Origin: Octopus sinensis
Lineage: Eukaryota
Reading direction: 5' to 3'
Assembly (NCBI RefSeq): GCF_006345805.1
Contig: NC_042997.1
Coordinates: 212,722,001-212,786,000, forward strand
Length of the DNA: 64,000 nt
Position 1 is the first letter of the stretch; every line of letters begins with the position of its first letter. Shown one piece after another: positions 1 to 13,580 of this stretch. The translations under genes were made by a program, and so were the position numbers. Under the pieces are notes generated by a model. It did not search any database and was not told the DNA's origin. It worked only from the letters and a program-made list of their open reading frames with translations.

Positions 1-2668
1 GACCAATCAAAGTTGACAGCAATATGATATATAAAGCAATTAAAGATATGAAGACAGGGAATGCCCCTGGAATATCAGCAATCAGTACTGAGACACTTAA
101 AATATCTGGTAGACTAGGATATGATCTAACCCCCACCCCATATAGTTAATCAGGCAGTACAGAAAGGTGTCATGCCCAGTAACTGGTCTAGCAACTGGCA
201 TAATAGTTAGTTGCTACAAGGAGATTCCTTAGACAGAAACAATTACTGAGGTACCATTCTGGTGGACCCAGTCACGAAAGTTACAGAGAGAATTATAGCC
301 TAATTGGTTGGGAACAAAAGACGCGAAGGAGTTTGGTTCTGTGCCAGGGAGAAATGTTATGGATAGCATCTTCTTAGCGAGACAACTTCAGGATAAGTAT
401 CCTTGCTAAAAGTGAACCATTGTACTTGGCTTTCATTGACCGGGAGAAAGCTTTTGACAGTTTGTCACTCTATGATAAGGTAGACTATAAGGAAGCTAGG
501 AATTGATGAATGGGTTGTCAGGGCCATACAAGCTGTGTATAGGGCTACAATCAGTAAGGTGAGAGTCAGCCATGAGTGCAGTGATGAAATTAATATACAA
601 TTAGGAGTTCATCAGGGCTCAGTTCCCAGTTCCCTTCTATTCATAACAGACCTCCAGCCCATAAGAGAGAAATCTAAGACTGGCTGCTATGGGAACTGCT
701 ATATACTGGTGACCATGCTCTTATAGTGGAATCTGTAGCAGAATTTAAAAAAGAAATTCCGGGTAAGGAAGCAAAACCCAGAATTGAAGAGCCTTAAAGT
801 TAACCAGGTGAAGACCAAATTTGTTGTTAGCAAGAAAGTGGATAAGACTCTCTTTCCATCAGGTAAAAGACTCATTATGTAGGAATAGTGTTGGAAGGAA
901 TTCCACTCGATGCACTTAGTGCAAGCTATATAGATATGAGAGCTGCAGTGGAAACAAAACACTAAATACATGCAGGAATTAGATTTTCTCAAATAGACCT
1001 ACAGGTTGCAGATGGTTTCTGATACCTAGGTGGCCAAATTAGTTGTGGAGGAAGACACCTGAAAGACACCTGAAAGTATAGTTGCTAGAAGAAGAATAGG
1101 AAGGAAGAAGTTCAGAGAATTATTATTACCTCTGTTGGCAACAAAGAAATGTATCTCTCTCCTGTTTTCTCTCTCTTTCTCTCACTCTCTCTCTCCTTGC
1201 TCTCTGCTTCTCCTCCTCTCTCTCTCTCTGTGAAAGGCAGATTATATTTGCTTGTGTATGAAAGGCTATAGTCCACAGTAGTGAGACATGGGCTCATGGG
1301 CTCTGAATACAGAGGACAATAGCTGGAAAGGAATGAAGCTAGTATGCTCTGATGGATGCATAACCAGTGGGCAAGTATAACAAAGTGCAAATGCATTGAG
1401 TAAAAAGTTGGGCATAAGAGGAATCAAATGTAGCATGCAAGAGAGAAGACTGTGATGGTTTGGTTATGTTCTGTGCATGAATGAGGACAGCTGTATAAAG
1501 AAGTGCTGATTGCTTAAAGTGGATGGAATCTTCAGAAGAAGGAAACCCAAGAAGACATTGGAAGAAGCAGTGAGGGCTGATCTCAAGATATTGATCCTCA
1601 CAGAGGAGACGACACTGGACTGAAATGTCTTGTAATGTTAGGCTCTTGACAAGACCTGCCCAACTCAGCAAAACTGAAGTTGTGAGGGCTGATCCAAAGA
1701 TATTTAGCCCCAAAGAAGGGACAACAAAGGACTGAGATGTCTTGTGATATGAGGTTCTTGAGAATCCTCACCCGTCTCAGTAAAACTAAATTCTGGAAGC
1801 AGTGGGGGCTGATCTCAAGATATTGATCCTCACAGACAAGATGACAATAGACTGAAATGTTTTGTAATGTTAGGTTCTTGACAAGACTGACTCACCTTAT
1901 GTGCTCTCCACCTTATGTGCTCTCACCTTATGTGCTCACTTTATGTGCTCTCCACCCACATCTTAATTCAACCCCACCAATGAACCCCAAAGTAAACCTC
2001 TCCTTCATGCCTTACACTTGTCTCTCATCCCCTGCTCCTGCAGCCCAACACCACTTTTCCATTTCCCTCTCTCTCTCTCTCTCCCCCCTGTCAACTGTAT
2101 CCTTTCTATTCCTGCCACTCCCCTATATATATATCTATGTTCCCCACTCACTGCATTTCCTTTCTCCTCCTCCCCTCTTCCACCACTCTTCTTTTCTACT
2201 CCCCACTCACTCCGCCCCACCCCCCCGTCCAACCCTTTCCATCATTCCACTTACGTTCACCTCTTTGTACCATGTCACATCTTATCTGTCTGACCAAGGT
2301 AGCCATGTACTCCCTCTTCTGCTGGACACCTGTTTCCTGTCCCTCTATTTATACTTTAACCTCTCATCACCTGGCACAAAGTCACCTCCCTCAATATCAC
2401 ACCCCCCTTCTCAGTTATGGGGGTCTTTGTCTTGCAAGTTACGGGGGTGACCTTGCTGGTGCCAGTTTCATGTAAGAAGCATTCAATACACCCAGAAAAG
2501 TGGTTGATGATAGGAAGGGGCGTCCAGGAATAGAAATCACACCAAAGCTGGTACCAGAGCTTGAAAACAGTTCTCTGACTTGTCAGCTCCTCTCAAACCA
2601 TCCAACCCATGCCAGCATGGAAAATAGATTTCAAATGATGACAATGATGATGATAATGATGACGATGA
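1..2668 (+). mobile_element. Decayed RTE-clade LINE: RT/thumb region, pyrimidine-rich 3' UTR and (GAT)n tail; runs off the 5' edge of the window
   Basis: Broken-frame translations match RTE RT motifs (IKDMKTGNAPG, LAFIDREKAFD, GVHQGSVPSSLLF, FRRRKPKKTLEEAVRADL). Ends CCAACCCATGCCAGCATGGAAA followed by a degenerate (GAT)n tract at ~2635-2668. Confidence 0.85.
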
Positions 2669-2719
2669 TATATGTGTGTGTGTATGTATATATAGGTGCA
2701 TGTATGTTTATATGTATGT

Positions 2720-3000
2720 ATGCCGGCGCCACCTTGTCTGGCCTCCGTGCCGGTGGCACGTAAAAGCACCATCCATTCGTGTCCGTTACCAGCCTCGCCT
2801 GGCCCCCGTGCCGGTGGCACGTAAAAGTACCATCTACATTCACGGAGTGGCTGGTGTTAGGAAGGGCATCCAGCTGTAGAAACACTGCCAGATCAGACTG
2901 GGCCTAATGCAGCCTTCTGGCTTCCCAGACCCCAGTTGAACTGTCCAACCCATGCTAGCATGGAAAGCGGACGTTAAATGATGATGATGATGATGATGAT
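2720..3000 (+). mobile_element. RTE 3'-end copy with (GAT)n tail
   Basis: GTGCCGGTGGCACGTAAAAG units, then GTTAGGAAGGGCATCCAGCTGTAGAAA...CCAACCCATGCTAGCATGGAAAGCGGACGTTAAA(TGA)n. Confidence 0.8.
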
Positions 3001-3804
3001 GCCTGTGTATGTGTGTATTAACAAGATATAACTTGGTGTGTGTATATAAAATAGATGCAATTGTTGATGTGATGAGTTGTGGTGAGGGCCGAGGTGGGCA
3101 ATGGAGGTGAGAAGCTGTGTGTAGGGAACCTTCCTTTTCTCACTGGAAGCCAATGTCAGCAAGGGGCCAGGAGAGAAAACCAGAAACGGAAGAGAATCAT
3201 AAAATGAGCTGCACATGGAGCAGACCTTCCTTCTGCTTCTTTCTTGTACCATTTCCATTATCTACTGCTTCTTTCACCCGTGGTTAAGCTAAGGACAGCT
3301 TATTTTTTCCTTGGTTCACTTAATTCTTGATAGAACAACCTAACAAATCTATAATCTGTCCCTAAGGTAAAATATTGCCCAACAAGGAACAAAATACTTG
3401 CAATGCTTAATCCACCACCACCACCACCACCGCTATCCCATGGTTCCTTTCTTTATCCATCTTTCATGCAATAATCTGGAGATCAATTTGTATCCAGTTA
3501 TTCTAACAACATTTATTTCATAAGGTTTCCAAATATCTGCAGAATATTTAGGAAATTTTCTTTACAATCATTTTTCTTTGGAGCAAAACAACTCTAGCAA
3601 ATAAAACTTCAAAAAAGTGAAATAAGAAGTAAATAAAATCAAAATTTCAAGCCAAAAGAAACCCGCTTCCAACCGTGCCCTCCTCCAGAAAACAATAAAA
3701 AATTGAAAATACTCAGAGGAGCAATGTAGTAGTTATGTTATTAACAAGAATGGATATATATATATATATGTATATATATCTATATATCTATCTATCTATC
3801 TATC

Positions 3805-3837
<33 letters not shown>

Positions 3838-4266
3838 AACAATATTGTAAATAATAATTGAACAACTTCTAAAACCAAATCTATTGTCAGAGAATCAATA
3901 TAAAAGAAAGCACATTATTCAAAAATGTAAATGTAGGAGTTGGAAAAGAATATTTTAAAAAAATCCTGAAGCTTCTACAAAAAATTTTTGCACAACATTG
4001 AAGGAATTTTTTTTCAGATTTTGACTTGGGTGAATGTGGCTTTGTTTTTAGATATTTTTCAACTAAAAGAGTTGTTCTATGGTAACTCTCTGCTTTTTAC
4101 TGAAGGTAAACATATTATTTCTGTGGCTTGGTGAACAGAAATAGAACTGTTTGATGTATATTCTAAGAGAATTAGGAATAAGGTAAGACATGGTACAATG
4201 AAGCTGTTGAACTTAAGACATATTGCGACTGTTTAGTTTGATGAAAGAAACTAGAAAGAGGATATA

Positions 4267-4670
4267 TTTTTATATATAAAAGAGAGGTTGTGTGCTGTCT
4301 GTCTCCAACGATTTAGATTCCTAACTACTCCCACATTTTGCGGTGCAGTTTAACCAAAACCGGGTATCTTATAGTTGTGATTCATATCGAGCCCTTCTGG
4401 GTATTAGCACGTGTCTACGATGAGTCTACGATTTAAAAAAAAATTTACCATCATTTTTTTTCCATTTTAATGCATTTTTTCGCTATTATATAAGGGAAGT
4501 AACTCTCTAAAAATGTCTATGATGAGTCAACGATTTTTAAAAAAAATTACCATCATTTTTTTTTTCCATTTTTAATGCATTTTTTTGCTATTTTTTGGCT
4601 ATAACTCTCTAAAAATGCTTATATAGTTATTTCCCTTACAAACCCGAGCAATGCCGGGCGATACTGCTAG
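4267..4670 (+). mobile_element. Non-autonomous Helitron, copy 1
   Basis: 3' GC-rich hairpin CCCGAGCAATGCCGGG, terminal CTAG followed by T, 5' flank A, internal ~100-bp direct repeat. Near-identical to 49831-50229; here the 5' TC reads TT. Confidence 0.75.
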
Positions 4671-4869
4671 TTTGAAATAAAATTGTCACTGTAGATGAAG
4701 AAAACAGAGTGAAGGAGGAGAATGTCAAAAAATAATGAACTAGTAGACTTAATGTTCTGTTATTACTGCTTTAGTTGATGTTGTCATTTCTTTCCCATTC
4801 CAGCTAAACGCAACAAACCAATGATGCAAGATGAGGTTACACTAATTTTTCTCTCTTTTTTTTTCTTCC

Positions 4870-5290
4870 AGAAATGTCTAACCAAAGCTTATCCTGACTT
4901 CCCTTTAAAGAAGCTGGCAGCTTATGGTCTGAGAGAGAGATTATAGAGAAATATGTTAATGTGCTGGCAACTAAACAAGAAACGACACCTGTTCCACCAT
5001 TGGAGAGGAAAATAATATTGATTCCCTCAAACTAAAATACCAAAGGAGCCCACATAATTATTGGTCTATAAACTCCAAAACCTCCAACTCTTATTTACTG
5101 GGATAAACAATAATATATTTGTCAGAAGAACAGAAATGAAGCATGATTGGATGTATGGCTGTAAAGGGTAACTGCTAGTGAACCAAAAGATTATAGAAAA
5201 CAATTGATAAAGACAAAACTCAAGCCTAGCTTGGATTAACCACAAAAAGGTATTTGATAACATTCCACACTGCTAAATACTGGAGACTGT
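4870..5290 (+). mobile_element. Highly decayed R4/Dong-like RT fragment
   Basis: Translations KIILIPSN..HNYWSI, MYGCKG*LLVNQKIIEN and SLAWINHKKVFDNIPH resemble the RLE-clade RT motifs (ILIPK..NYRPI; GC.EQLL; AWIDY.KAFDSVPH). Confidence 0.55.
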
Positions 5291-5419
5291 AAATTCTAAA
5301 GAAACTACATCAGCAATACCAGGACAAAACAACAAGAACATTAAAAGACAAAGAAATGATAAAAAAAAAACAACCTCGAGGTCTTTACATAGAAGAGGAA
5401 TCTTCCAGGGAAACTGACA

Positions 5420-7086
5420 AAAAATATGTGGCATTGACAGACTTGAGAGAGTTAGTGAAGATGAGATGCAGTTTGGTTTTGTGCCCGAGAGAAGCACCAC
5501 TGATGTCATATTTCTGGTAAGGCAGCTGCAGGAGAAATACAAAGCTAAAGATAAACTTCTGTACTTATCTCATGGTCAATGCAGAAAACAAGGGATAGAT
5601 GAGTGGTTGATGAGAGCTGCACAAGCCATGTACAGGGACACCACCAATAAGGTGAGGGTTGGTAATGAGTACAGAAGGCACAAGTAGGGGTTCACCAAAG
5701 ATCTGTCCTTAGCCCCTTACTTGTTCACCATAGTCCTCCAGGTAATAACAGGAATTTAAGACAGGCTGCCCCTGGGAGCTCCTCTATGCTGATGACCTTG
5801 TTCTTATAGATAAATCACTACCAGAACTAGAAGTTTCAGGTATGGAAGCAAGGCCCTTCTAGAATTGAAGGGCCTTAGAGTCGGTTTAGCAAAAATCTAA
5901 GTCTTAGTAAGTAGGAAGGCAGATAAATCACAAATGCCTTCAGATTGATGGCCCTGCTCGATCTGTAGGAAAGGCGTTGGTAGAAACTCCATAAAATGTA
6001 CCTGGTGTAAGCTATGGATACATAAGAGATGCAGCAATATCAGAGGAAGATTAACAGGGAAAATAATTTTTGTGTCTGGAAGATGTACAGGTAGAATAGA
6101 CATCGAAAATGTACAGAAAATAGACTCCATCAATGGCTAGTGGGGTAAGGTAGAGGTTGTAGATAGCTTCTGTTATCTAGGTAACCAAGATATTAGCAGA
6201 AGTGGATGCTCCAAGAGCATAGCTGCAAGAGTAAGAATAGGCTGGGCAAAGTTGAGAGAGCTCCTACCTCTGTTGGTGACAAAGGGCCTCTCCCTCAGAG
6301 TGAAAGGCAGATTGTATGATGCCTGTGTGTGCACAGCTGTCTTACACAGTAGTGAAACATGCGCTGTGACAGCTGAGGACATGCGTAGGCTTGAAAGAAA
6401 TGAAGCAAGTATGCTTCGCTGTATGTTCAAGGCCATATGCACTGGTATGGTCATGTGATGCATATGGATGAGGGCAGCTGTGTAAAGAAGTGCCGATCTG
6501 TAACTGTGGAAGGAACCTATAGTAGAGGTAGACCCAAGAAGACATGGGATGAAGTGGTGAAGCATGATCTTCGAACTTTGGGCCTCACAGAGGCAATGAC
6601 TAGTGACTGAGACCTTTGGCGATATGCAGGGTTTGAGAAGACTCATTAAGCCAAGTGAAATCGTAGTCATGGCAGATGCTGATGTCACATAACTGGCACC
6701 TGTGCCAGTGGCAAGTAAAAAGCACCTTTCAAGCATTGGGCCTCACGGAGGCAAAGTGGCTGATGCTGGCGGCCCGTGGAAAGCTTCTTTCAGGAGTTGG
6801 AACTCACAGAGGCAATGACAAATGACTGAGACCTTTGGCGTTATGTTTCCTTGAGAAGAAGACCCATCAGGTCACATAAAATTGCTGTTGTGGCAGATAC
6901 TGGTGTCATGCAAATGGCACCCTTGCTGGTGGAATGTAAAAGCACCCATTTAGAGTGGTAAGTGTTAGGAAGGGCATCCAGCTGTAGAAAACCATGCCAA
7001 ATCAGACTGGAGTCTGGGGCAGCCTTGCAGTTTGCCAGCCCTGATTAAACTGTCCAACCCATGCCAGTATGGACAATGGATGTTAA

Positions 7087-7121
<35 letters not shown>
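5420..7121 (+). mobile_element. 5'-truncated, decayed RTE LINE with 3' UTR and (GAT)n tail
   Basis: MQFGFVPERSTTDVIFLVRQLQEKY, LLYADDL, EVVDSFCYLG, RVKGRLYDACV, RGRPKKTWDEVVKHDL; ends CCAACCCATGCCAGTATGG...(GAT)n at ~7089-7121. Confidence 0.9.
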
Positions 7122-7122
<1 letters not shown>

Positions 7123-7184
7123 TGTGTGTGAGTATGCGTATGCATGCGTGAATGGTTTCCTTTTAGTTTTATATAAGCTCTTCT

Positions 7185-7400
7185 TGAGAGAGTTCAAATT
7201 GGTTGCCAACAATGCAACAAGACTCTTTTACTTAAGAGATCCTGGGGCTTGTAAATGTGTGTTTGAGGCAGAGTGTTGCTTGAACTGTTGATGTATACAC
7301 CCAAGTGTGTGTATCTATTCACATAAGAATCACAGGTAGAGAACTTTTGGAATGACTTACAAATCCTCATTGTGCCACTAACAGATTGGATTTGGAGAAT
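7185..7400 (-). mobile_element. 3' end of an R4-like RLE LINE (related to family B)
   Basis: Minus-strand LQIQSVSGTMRICKSFQKF matches the ORF end at 38980-39035 and 41700-41765. Confidence 0.6.
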
Positions 7401-7409
7401 CTGTGTCAG

Positions 7410-7968
7410 CTTATTTATGTATATATGTATGTATGTATGCATGTAGTATGTATGTATGTATGTATGCATGTATGTATGTATGTATGTATGTATATATGTA
7501 TGTATGTGTGTTTGTTTGTATGTATGTATGTAGGTATGTATGTATGTATGTATGTATGTATGTATGTATGTATGTATGTATGTATGTATGCATGCATGTA
7601 TGCATGTATGTATGTTTGTTTGTATGTGTGTATGTATGTATGTATGTATGTATGTATGTGTATGTATGTATGTATGTGTATGTATGTATGTATGTGTATG
7701 TATGTATGTATGTGTATGTATGTATGTTTGATTGTATGTATGTATGTATGTATGTATGTACGTATGTATGCGTGTATGTATGTATGCATGTATATATGTT
7801 TGTATGTATGTATGTATGTATGCATGTATGTATGTGTGTATGTATGTATGTATGTATGTATGTTTGAATGTATGTATGTATGTATGTGTGTATGTATGTA
7901 TGCATGTATGTATGTGTGTATGTATGTATGTGTGTATGTATGTATGAATCTGTGTCAGCTTATTTATG

Positions 7969-8000
<32 letters not shown>

Positions 8001-8215
8001 CATGTATGTATGTATGTATGTATGCATGTATGTATGTATGTATGCATTTATGTATGTATGTATGTATGTATGTATGTATGTATGTATGTATGTATGTATG
8101 TATGTATGCATGCATGCATGTATGCATGCATGTATGTATGTATGTATGTTTGTTTGTATGTATGTATGTATGTATGTATGTTTGTTTGTATGTATGTATG
8201 TATGTATGCATGTTG
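7410..8215. repeat. (TATG)n/(CATA)n compound microsatellite
   Basis: Direct reading; source of the spurious MYVC/HTYI ORFs. Confidence 0.97.
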
Positions 8216-9477
8216 CATATAAACAAACACTTTCTCTGCCACATGACATGCAACATGGATTCACAACAAAACCAGAAAGAAACAGAAAATATAAGTTTTA
8301 TCAAAATGGCCAGTTTTTCATTTCGTTATAATTTTGTCATTTCTTATCCTCCATCACGCATTACCCACGGAGCTCTGTCTATTTACTCATCTTACATAGA
8401 TGAGGCAGGTGTTTAGCACATCTCTTTAAAACTAATGTTTTGAGACGCAGAGATCTTTGTCAGAAAAGCTCTTACAATAACGTGGAATATTTTTGAATCA
8501 GTTTAACCTTATTTTTGATAGTGTTCTTGATGTTGTGGTAATGAAAGAGTTTATCTAATGAAGAGAAAATATGATTCTTCGTGAGTTATTGAGCCAAGTG
8601 TATTGAGATCACAAAGCATTGTACTGGAAACATCTTCTGGTTGAGCTGTGTACTTTGGAAATGTCTTTCGACTAGTGAAATGATGTTCTACATAAAGAAC
8701 TGTGACAGCTGACAACTGATCACCACTTAAAGACTACAACAATACAATCAACAACAAAAAAACCCAACAAAATATGTCTATTGTTAGTTCAAAATGTTTC
8801 ACTTTCCAACAGGTTGTGTGTTGTTTTTAACTTGTTTATTTTTATCCAATAATACCACAACAAAATATAATTGATAATATATTTTCACGAGTCATTAATT
8901 TCTGACAATAAATTATCTTCTCAGAAAATTTGAAAAGTGAAGAAAATAACCATGAAATATCGTCAGTATATTTTCCCACACATATTACACACTTCGTTTT
9001 CGTTATTTTTGAATGAAATAGATTTTACTTTCTTCCGAGATAATTATTACAAACGAACATTTAGAAATATGTACAACAATCTTTATCAGAGAAAAGATTT
9101 TAATAAAATGTTCCTTCTCATATATTTTACCAAGTGAGACGTAATTCCAGCTAAACAGAACGGTATGCCTGAGCGCCATCTGGATATTTCTGCTGGAAAC
9201 TGATCGACCATTGATTGGAAATAAGTTAATTTAGTGACGACCAGAAGCATTGCTGTTTTAATCAATATAAAAACATAAATTCATCTCTTCATTCTTTCCC
9301 AAACAATTCAAATGTCTTCTCTTTAGAAACGGTTCGATATTTTTTGTTCTGTCTCCAACTGATTTCTGGTCTCTCAGCAATAAACTTCTCTACATTATAT
9401 ATTCTGTTATATTGTTAGATTTTAATACTTTTTATACTGAAGAATATTTTTATATTCAATTCTGTTATAGATACACA

Positions 9478-9645
9478 CATATGCATGCATGCATCCATGC
9501 ATCCATCCATGCATCTATCCATCCATCCATACATACATACATACATACATACATACATACATACATACATACGTACATACATACATACATACATACATCC
9601 ATACATACATACATACACACATACATACATACATATATATATATT
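9478..9645. repeat. (CATC/CATA)n microsatellite
   Basis: Direct reading. Confidence 0.95.
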
Positions 9646-9765
9646 TACATCAGTCTTCTAGAGCACAACGTTTGTATTTCATATTCTATGTTACATATTA
9701 AAACAATACTATTCTACATATCAATACATTCTACTAATATATAGAATAACATCGTCGTCATTTGA

Positions 9766-10190
9766 CGTCTGTTTTTCCATGCTGGCATGGGTTGATGGTT
9801 TGGCAGGAGCTGGCAAGCTGAGAAGCTGCACCAGGCTCCGGTTGTCTGTCCTGGCATGGTTTCTAAAGCTGGATGATGCTCTTCCAAACACCTAATGCTT
9901 TACAGAGTGTATTGAGTGCTTTTTATGTGATATGAGCACACAGGTCATTTTACGTGGCACTTGCACAGGGGACTCTTACGTGACACCAGAACAGGTGCTT
10001 TTTGCATGGCACAAGCTCCAGTTGGGGCACCAAGTAACTTGGAAGACAGAGGCTTCTTTGTTGAGAGATTGAGTGAAATTCAAGGGAAGTGTCAGGTGAA
10101 GGGTTAGAATATGAGAGAGGGACAGGGATGGTTGTCTTACAACAGAGAAGATGGGAGAGAGTAAGAGAGAGACAGAGAGACAGTCAGAGT

Positions 10191-10234
<44 letters not shown>

Positions 10235-10480
10235 AGATGGTGTTAGAGATGTATTGGGACCTATCCACAGGGAACATGGCAGGGAGAGAGTATGAGTAGC
10301 ACAGAGGGTGGGGGCGGAGTTATGTTTAGAAATGGGGATAAAAGGGCATGGAGAGGGTTCAGATAGGCACATGAAAGAGAGGAGGGATTGGCTATGGTTG
10401 AGGGGTGTGAGGGAGAATGGAGGGGAGGAGCCTACAACAGGTGTTGGGAAGAGGTGGTGGGGGAAGTTTATTATAATCAT
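9766..10480 (-). mobile_element. RTE 3' UTR copy of the pyrimidine-rich type, including a (GA)n tract
   Basis: Reverse complement resembles 1960-2620; terminal TTTTTCCATGCTGGCATGGGTTG motif on the + strand. Confidence 0.65.
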
Positions 10481-10802
10481 CATTTAACTTCTTTTTTTTC
10501 CATGCTGGCATGGGTTGGAGGACTTATGCATATACATATACTCTAGATACCAACACGCACCTCTCTCTCTATATATATACACACACACATACATGTGATG
10601 ACAAAAATGAACAGACTCCATACAACATAGCTATACACACAGGTAGACAGGGCTAATAATGAGAGTTGTGAGAGGAGCATTTCATGAAGGTGTTTGATAG
10701 AAGAGGTTGGGGTGGTAGGGTGGCGGAAAGAGGAGGAAAAAGGGTCAGATTGCATCGTTAGTTTTCATAAAGATAGTTCTGAAAATTACTTTAAAATTAG
10801 AA

Positions 10803-11300
<498 letters not shown>

Positions 11301-11306
11301 TTAACA

Positions 11307-11545
11307 GGCGGCGAGCTGGCAGAAGCGTTAGCACGCCAGGCGGAATGCTTAGCGGTATTTCGTCTGTCGTTACGTTCTGAGTTCAAATTCCGCTGAGGTC
11401 GACTTTACCTTTCATTCTTTCGGGGTCGATAACTAAAGTACCAGTTTCGCACTGGGGTCGATGTAATCGACTTAATCCATTTGTCTGTCCTTGTTTGTCC
11501 CCTCTATGTTTAGCCCCTTGTGGGTAGTGAAAAAAAAAGGAAAAA
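11307..11545 (+). mobile_element. tRNA-derived SINE, family A
   Basis: GGCGGCGAGCTGGCAGAA head, B-box-like GAGTTCAAATTCC, 14-bp TSD ATTATCATTTAACA at 11293-11306 and 11546-11559. Confidence 0.9.
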
Positions 11546-11559
11546 ATTATCATTTAACA

Positions 11560-13145
11560 TCCATCTTCAGTGCATGGGTAGGACAGTTGACAGGAGCTGG
11601 CCAGGGAGAAAAACTACCCTGTGCTGCTGTGTCTGTTTTGACAAGGTCTTTACAGCTGGATGCCCTTCATAACACCAACCACTCTGCAGAGGTTTTTCAC
11701 ATGGCACTAGCACAGGTGAGGTCAGTTTTGACATGGTTTTTACAGCTGGATGCCCTTCCAAATGCCAACTGCTTCACAGTGTGGACTGGATGCTTTTAAT
11801 GTGGCACTGGCAGGGTCACCAAGTAACTCACAAGGAATTATGAGAAGGGCAGGGGCATTTGAGAAGGGGAATTCATGTCAGAGGATGAAAGATTAGAGGG
11901 AGACAAAGAGACAGAGAGGCAGAACCAGGTATCTTGCTATAACAGAGGGGACACTGGAGGAGGTGATCCTGTATCAAATGATGAAAGGTTAGAGTGTGAT
12001 GGAGAAATAAGGAGACAGAAGTAGATGTCTTGCTATAGAGGAGGCACAGGGTTTGCTAGTGAGAGAGGGAGAGAGAGAGATCAAGAATTAGGGCAGACAT
12101 AGGTGGTAATCCAGCCAGAGGGAAGAGTGATGGAAAGAGTGAGAGAGAGAGAGAGAGAGAGAGTAGGAAAGAGCAAAAGTGTAAGAGAGATTCAGGAGAG
12201 AGATGGTGAAGTGCTAGGGTATACTCACAAGTAACAAGAATCAGAGCATAGGTGGGATGGTAGATTAAGGAAGAGAGGGGTTCAAAGGTTGTATTATGTG
12301 CGGTCAGGTGTTGCCAAGAAAGCACAAGTAGGGGAGTGGGGATTGGAGTGATTAGCGAAAACCTGGGGAGAGGAAGAAAGCAGCGATACAAGGAACAGGG
12401 CAGTGGGTGGGGAGGGGGACAGGAAAGGGGATTGGAAGACATTCATAGTTTATGAAGAGGAAATGTGAGGAAGAGGAAGATGCTGTTTAGAAGAGGTGAT
12501 GTAGGTCGGTTTCTTGGGGTAGGGTTTGTGAAAAGGTTGTTGTTACACGTGGGTGGGACACAACACTTCTAGCCCTCAGTTTTGCCGATGTGGGCAGGTA
12601 GAGCCTCATAGTGCCAAATATTTCGGTCCATTGTCATTTCGTCTGTGAGCCTAAGATCAGTCCTCACCACTTCCTCCCATGCCTTCCTCAGCCTCCTTCT
12701 CCCATAGGTATCATCCACCTTCAGTGACAGGCACTTCTTCACACACAGACACATCACAAGTCCAAACCACCACATTCTCCTCTCCTGCACGCCACATTCA
12801 GTCCCTCTTATGCCCAACTTTTCTCTCAATACAGTTCTGCTCTGTTGGTCATGCACACTCGTGTTGCAAATCCAATGAAGCATACAATGTTCATTCCTCT
12901 CCAGTCTATGCATGTCCTCTGCAGTCAGAGCCCATGTCCCCCCATCGTGTAATACAGCCGTTCGCACACAGGCATCATACAATCTACCTTTCACTCTGAG
13001 AGTCCTTTCATTGCCAACAGAGGTAGCAGCTCTCTGAACTTCCTCCATCCTATTCTTATTCTAGAAACAATACTTTCAGAGCATCCACCCCCTTTACTAA
13101 TCTGGTAGCCTAAATAGCAGAAACTATTTACTACCTCAAGAGAGC
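11560..13145 (-). mobile_element. 5'-truncated RTE LINE: RT C-terminus and 3' UTR
   Basis: ORF 12569-13048 reads RVKGRLYDACVRTAVLH..TWALTAEDMHRLERNE..WFG..RRRLRKAWEEVVRTDL; EVVNSFCYLG upstream; 3' UTR resembles that of 1-2668. Confidence 0.85.
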
Positions 13146-13285
13146 CTCCTGGGCATTTGACAGAGTTTAAGCTGGTTTAAAAAATATATATCAACCTTTA
13201 CACCCACACCATGTATTGAGTACTAAATATGATAACCTATTTCAATTGAATCATGTTCACACACATACATATAATATTATCATAA

Positions 13286-13580
13286 GGTGTGTGGCACAGT
13301 GGTTAGAACATTGAGCTCACAGTCATGAGGTAGTGAATTCAATTCCTGGGCTGGGTTGCATGTTGTGTTCATGAGCAAGACACTTTATTTAATTTTGCTC
13401 CAGTTCACTCAGCTGTAGAAATGAGTTGCAACATCACTAATGCCAAGGTGCATCAGCCTTTGCCTTTTTCCTTGGATAACATCAGTGGTCTTCCATAAAC
13501 AACCTTGCTCAGATTTGTGCCTCAGAGGGTAACTTTCAAGGTGCAATCCCATGGTCAGTCATGACCGAAGGGGATCTATT
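13286..13580 (+). mobile_element. tRNA-derived SINE, family C
   Basis: A-box-like TGGCACAGTGGTT, B-box-like GAATTCAATTCC and a TGAGCAAGACACTTTATTT core; a related fragment lies at ~46580-46690. Confidence 0.65.

Noticed and set aside
4872-4925. Strong + strand acceptor followed by KCLTKAYPDFPLKKLAAY
   Set aside because: Contiguous with the decayed R4-like RT fragment, and stops follow in all frames.
7194-8416. Long MYVC/HTYI ORFs (also 40077-41766)
   Set aside because: Translations of (TATG)n/(CATA)n; open in several frames on both strands.
9131-9179. Possible first coding exon on the minus strand (MALRHTVLFSWNYVSL|GTAAAA)
   Set aside because: Short, with a modest donor, no homology recognised and no partner exon.
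11307-11400. tRNA-like A/B boxes (also 13286, 25100, 56200)
   Set aside because: These are SINE heads: no cloverleaf or acceptor stem, and each continues into a repeated SINE body.
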